This document shows positions 43,764 to 47,289 of a DNA stretch of 47,289 nt, piece by piece. Position 1 is the stretch's first letter. Each line of letters begins with the position of its first letter. The notes below the pieces were generated by a model. That model had not been told where the DNA came from. It made no database searches and saw nothing but the letters and a program-made list of their open reading frames with translations. Position numbers and translations under genes: made by a program. The stretch covers positions 1 to 47,289 of the forward strand of contig JBGUVT010000042.1 in assembly GCA_045220485.1 (NCBI GenBank), in the 5' to 3' direction. This stretch comes from Anaerovoracaceae bacterium (GTDB lineage Bacteria > Bacillota > Clostridia > Peptostreptococcales > Anaerovoracaceae).

Positions 43764-45131
43764 ATGAAGAAAGTCCTGATATATAACTGGTCACATGTAG
43801 ACGACATGATAGGCGGCGGAGTTACGGTTTATATACAGAACCTGATCAACGCATTGATTCAGTCGGGAGAATATAAGGTAACCTTTTTAAACAGCGGATG
43901 GACGTATGACAAATCCGGAAAGACCTATATAAAAAAGGTCAATAACCAGTTCAATCCGTTGCTTGAATGCTATGAAATTGTTAATTCTCCTGTACTTGCA
44001 CCGATAGAGCAGTGTGCGGAGAACCTGCGCATTTACCTTAATGATAAGACGATGCTGCCGATCATAAACGATTTTATTAAAGAGCAGAATGGCTTTGATG
44101 TGATTCACTTTAATAATCTTGAGGGCATTTCGCTGGATGTTCTTCGACTGAAAGAAAAGTATCCGGACATCAAGGTAATATATTCAATGCATAATTACTT
44201 TCCGTTTTGCTCCAGAGTTAATCTGTGGCAGGATGGCATAACGGATCATCCTCATAACTGCAATAAATCATCCTATGATGAATGTGTGAATTGCTACAAG
44301 AGAAACGCATATTTTACAACGGTGGCAAAAAGAAGAAAGCTGAACCTTGTAACAAGAGCGTTTTCGCGTATTGTTAATACCGTCTATCAGGATAAGGGCC
44401 GCGGCGAGTTGTATAAGGCGTTCACTGAGGAAAATGTACGGCAGATCAATAAATATGTGGATCTTGTTCTGGCGGTTTCAGAACGTGTAGCAGAGATCGC
44501 ATACAGATACGGAATAGATAAGGAAAAAGTCAGGGTGTCATACATAGGCACTAAAGTCGCGGAGTCTGCCCGGTATTCCAGGAATGCCACGTATGACGGG
44601 AACACTTTTAAAATCATGTATATGGGATATATGAGACCTGACAAAGGGTATTATTTCCTTATTGATTGCTTAGATGTGCTTCCGGAAAAATATGCAGAAA
44701 AAATAGATGTATCTATTGTTGCAAGGTATGATGAAAAGAAAAACCGTGAAGAGTTAGCAAAACTGGAAGAATTTAAGGATAAGTATAAGAATATTACGCT
44801 CATAAACGGCTATACACCAAAAAATCAAAAGGATTTGCTGCAGGGAATACACCTGGGAATCGTACCTGTTCTGTGGGAGGACAATCTTCCGCAGGTCGGC
44901 ATTGAGCAGATCGCGTATGGAGTACCGATTCTTGTAAGTGATCTTGGCGGGGTGAAAGAATTGTGCCGTGACTCCCGCTTTGTCTTCAGGGCAGGAGATG
45001 CCGATGATTTTATAAAGAAACTGACTGCAATCATGGATAATCCGGAATATCTTGAAGAGTACTGGGGAAATGTTATGCACCTCAGAACTCTGGAAGATCA
45101 CTTCAGGGAAATTAAAAACCACTATAATTAG
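43764..45131 (+). CDS. GT-B glycosyltransferase (family 4-like)
   Basis: 455 aa with AAGGAG upstream. C-terminal WEDNLPQVGIEQIAYGVPILVSDLGGVKE (E-x7-E-like). Confidence 0.75.
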   Translation: MKKVLIYNWSHVDDMIGGGVTVYIQNLINALIQSGEYKVTFLNSGWTYDKSGKTYIKKVNNQFNPLLECYEIVNSPVLAPIEQCAENLRIYLNDKTMLPIINDFIKEQNGFDVIHFNNLEGISLDVLRLKEKYPDIKVIYSMHNYFPFCSRVNLWQDGITDHPHNCNKSSYDECVNCYKRNAYFTTVAKRRKLNLVTRAFSRIVNTVYQDKGRGELYKAFTEENVRQINKYVDLVLAVSERVAEIAYRYGIDKEKVRVSYIGTKVAESARYSRNATYDGNTFKIMYMGYMRPDKGYYFLIDCLDVLPEKYAEKIDVSIVARYDEKKNREELAKLEEFKDKYKNITLINGYTPKNQKDLLQGIHLGIVPVLWEDNLPQVGIEQIAYGVPILVSDLGGVKELCRDSRFVFRAGDADDFIKKLTAIMDNPEYLEEYWGNVMHLRTLEDHFREIKNHYN

Positions 45132-45178
45132 ACAGTTGCCGGCATGACAGAAATGCGCATCTGATACAGGAGGATCCA

Positions 45179-45913
45179 ATGGGTGGAATTGAGGAAAAAA
45201 TAAAAGAAGTAATAAAAGCCCCGATCAGAAAAGCCTGCGATTACATATGCGATTACAACAGAGCGATGATAATGGCTTCATCGATCAACAGGAACTTTGA
45301 AAAATACAGAGGCATTAACAGAGGGAAAAACGTGTATATCATCGGTGGCGGCCCGACTGTTAATGACTTTAAACATGAGAAAACGGAAAATGATGTCTAT
45401 ATTGGAATAAACAGAGCATTTAAGGATGACCGGTTTGAACTGGATTATCTGTTTGCCCAGGATCAGCTCCCTGAAGGCTTTGATGACTTCCTTAACTACA
45501 GAGGAGATAAATGTAAGAAGTTTCTCGCAATTATTCCATACAATGAGTCTTTCAGAATCAAGGAATACCGGATCAAAGGGAATAATTATGAGAGGTACGT
45601 ACTTGCAAGCAGAAGGATGAAGGAGGTTCCGATTGATATATCAATAGAACCGGTTGCGGATCTGCGGGGTACGGTGTTCTCGGTGCTCCAGTTTGCAGTT
45701 TATACTGATCCGGATAACATCTTTCTGGTAGGAATAGATTGCAGCAGCGGCAATGTATACAATAAAAACAGTGATGATTACAAGTATCAGTTTGAGGGGT
45801 GGGAAATCATGAAAAAAGCCCTTGTTGATATGGGAGCATACGACAAGGTGGTTTCCATTAATCCGGTAGGATTAAAAGGCTTCTTTCAGGATATGTATTT
45901 AAATAACGATTAA
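45179..45913 (+). CDS. MptE-like / DUF115-family protein (putative sugar- or sialyl-type transferase)
   Basis: AGGAGG lies 6 nt upstream. VYIIGGGPTVND, IGINRAF and FLVGIDCSSG follow the DUF115 (Maf/MptE-like) pattern. Confidence 0.55.
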   Translation: MGGIEEKIKEVIKAPIRKACDYICDYNRAMIMASSINRNFEKYRGINRGKNVYIIGGGPTVNDFKHEKTENDVYIGINRAFKDDRFELDYLFAQDQLPEGFDDFLNYRGDKCKKFLAIIPYNESFRIKEYRIKGNNYERYVLASRRMKEVPIDISIEPVADLRGTVFSVLQFAVYTDPDNIFLVGIDCSSGNVYNKNSDDYKYQFEGWEIMKKALVDMGAYDKVVSINPVGLKGFFQDMYLNND

Positions 45914-47289
45914 TGGGAAGTGAGATTTACTGCTCAGAAGAGTATGGATTTAGAATAACAAGGAGCCAGGCAGCAAACATTATGCTGGGTGTTGCATTGA
46001 TTTGCAATATTGTCTGGTCAGGTAATCCATATGCAGGCTTTAACAGTCTGCTTTGTATGGCTCTGTTTTTCTGGAACCTTTATCTGAGCCGCCCGGTTCT
46101 TTATTTAAAATACCTGCATTACTTTTTTGGAAGCGTTGCCGGAATACTCGGCTGCGCTGTAATAGAGTATTCTAAAATACCGTTGATAGAACTCAGCGAT
46201 GAATCACATTTTTGCGGATCTCTGCCATTGCTTGTTTTCTCCTGGTGGATTTTTATCTTCACATTATCGATTTGTGATTCACGGATCTCAGATAAACTTG
46301 AGAAAAGATCAATGGAAATAGGGAGCAGCCTTTCGGACGGCTTCAGATTAGATAACAGAACGATTAATTCGGTGTTTCTGATTCTCGGAATCATAGGATG
46401 CTTTCTGACGGCAGCTGTTTTTGCTGTTGTCAGCAAAAATCCTTCTTTTAAGATTGGTCTCGACCGTTTTGATTATTCAATGATGTTTGATTATGGCGCC
46501 TTATATGGTTACGCGCTGAGATTGATAAAATATCTGATCATTCCATGCATAGTAATAGCATTAATCAACAATAGTAAAATAGGATGGATCGCAATAGGCT
46601 TCTATTGCCTTCATTCCCTGTGGATAGGCAATAAGTTCGGCAGTTTCTTTTCTCTTCTTTGCACAATAACGATGATCTATAGCTGCAAACTGGAAGCTTA
46701 TATCTGGAAGGCTAAGAGACTGGTCGGGCTGCTGATGGTATTAGTGCTGTTTCTTGTTGGGGTGGCAGTTGTTGGTGCATCATTTACAAAAGAATATGGA
46801 CTGACTGATTATTTTTCTCCCCGCCTTGCGCAGCAGGGACAGTTATGGTGGAAGACATATGATTTGTCAAACAGCGCACATATTGGAGAGATTAAAGACG
46901 AAGTAGAATCAATAAGAAAAGGTCACCCGGAAATCGGAGAGAATGTCGATTCGCGGTACGGAGTCTATAAAATAATGTATTATACTACGCCAAAGACAAA
47001 AGTCGACACAAAACTGCAGGCAGGATCAAGATACACTGAAGCAGGCTTCGCTGCTGCATATTATTATCTGGGACCTTTAGGCTGTGTTTTGTTTGCAATA
47101 CTGGGCGGGGTTCTGGCGAGCGTTTTTGTTAATTATTTCTTATTCTTTTTACGATACAGGCAGTATGTCAGGGCATTTATTCATTTGCGGCTTTATTCCA
47201 ACCTGGCCGTGTTTATGTCAATGTTTATTTTCTTTCCATTCTTCAATAAGACATCACTGCTGAGTTATGCAATACTATTGCTTGGAAAG
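45913..47289 (+). CDS. polytopic membrane protein, putative polysaccharide polymerase (Wzy-like); 3' end outside the window
   Basis: ATG 45913 overlaps the upstream TAA (TAATG). The frame stays open for 459 codons to the window edge, so it is missing from the ORF track. There are at least ten hydrophobic helices and a ~90-aa hydrophilic loop (QLWWKTYDLSNSAHIGEIKDEVESIRKGHPEIGENVDSRYG...). The function is inferred from context. Confidence 0.6.
   Translation, partial: MGSEIYCSEEYGFRITRSQAANIMLGVALICNIVWSGNPYAGFNSLLCMALFFWNLYLSRPVLYLKYLHYFFGSVAGILGCAVIEYSKIPLIELSDESHFCGSLPLLVFSWWIFIFTLSICDSRISDKLEKRSMEIGSSLSDGFRLDNRTINSVFLILGIIGCFLTAAVFAVVSKNPSFKIGLDRFDYSMMFDYGALYGYALRLIKYLIIPCIVIALINNSKIGWIAIGFYCLHSLWIGNKFGSFFSLLCTITMIYSCKLEAYIWKAKRLVGLLMVLVLFLVGVAVVGASFTKEYGLTDYFSPRLAQQGQLWWKTYDLSNSAHIGEIKDEVESIRKGHPEIGENVDSRYGVYKIMYYTTPKTKVDTKLQAGSRYTEAGFAAAYYYLGPLGCVLFAILGGVLASVFVNYFLFFLRYRQYVRAFIHLRLYSNLAVFMSMFIFFPFFNKTSLLSYAILLLGK

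Noticed and set aside
46119-46436. 105-aa minus-strand ORF
   Set aside because: It lies antisense inside the 459-codon open frame of the Wzy-like membrane protein, which is translationally coupled (TAATG) to the upstream gene.
37399-47289. LicD-type phosphocholine transferase among the glycan-cluster genes
   Set aside because: None of the translated proteins shows the LicD pattern. The closest candidates resolve as DUF4422, GT2, GT4 and DUF115-like proteins.

Overview
47.3-kb chromosomal segment that looks like a Gram-positive anaerobe, probably Clostridia or Lachnospiraceae-like. That assignment is an inference from AGGAGG-type ribosome-binding sites, SHOCT proteins, ~20-aa cell-wall-binding repeats, a lipobox lipoprotein and overall gene content. 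Almost all genes are on the + strand. No rRNA, tRNA or CRISPR array was seen.

Layout:
1. 0-6.1 kb: assorted small enzymes. These are a MazG-like fragment, YciI, an HSL-type esterase, a YtqB/MnmM-like methyltransferase, a flavodoxin-like reductase, an alpha/beta-hydrolase fused to a ferritin-like domain, and a QueG-like 4Fe-4S protein.
2. 6223-8850: an apparently complete three-ORF IS66-family element with 27-bp imperfect inverted repeats and no visible target duplication.
3. 9.0-12.1 kb: a tightly packed four-gene module (APH/NahK-like kinase, metallophosphoesterase, Abi_C/AbiJ-type HEPN-like protein, YunG-like protein).
4. 12.2-17.0 kb: an AT-rich choline (lic) cassette with duplicated LicC/LicA functions, including an HTH-LicC-LicA triple fusion. 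An IS66 transposase relic lies on its left and a 38-codon relic of a second Abi_C gene on its right.
5. 17-21 kb: VanZ, three consecutive SHOCT-domain genes and one minus-strand lipoprotein.
6. 21.5-24.3 kb: a class A PBP with a long acidic N-terminal extension.
7. 24.3-24.9 kb: a 670-bp ORF-poor region with a DnaA-box cluster and a hairpin terminator.
8. 24.9-29.5 kb: a three-gene operon (HTH-like protein, secreted duplicated Ig-like protein, Hanks Ser/Thr kinase with Ig-like ectodomain).
9. 30-31.7 kb: small enzymes.
10. 31.9-47.3 kb: envelope genes. These are a cell-wall-binding-repeat protein, a 1092-aa O-antigen-ligase-like protein fused to YD-like repeats, and a polysaccharide cluster that runs off the window.

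Best candidates for something undescribed:
- the IS66-bracketed kinase/phosphoesterase/Abi_C/YunG module;
- the HTH/Ig-like/kinase operon;
- the mosaic dual lic cassette;
- the ligase-YD fusion.

All functional calls come from motif recognition by eye. No database search was run.
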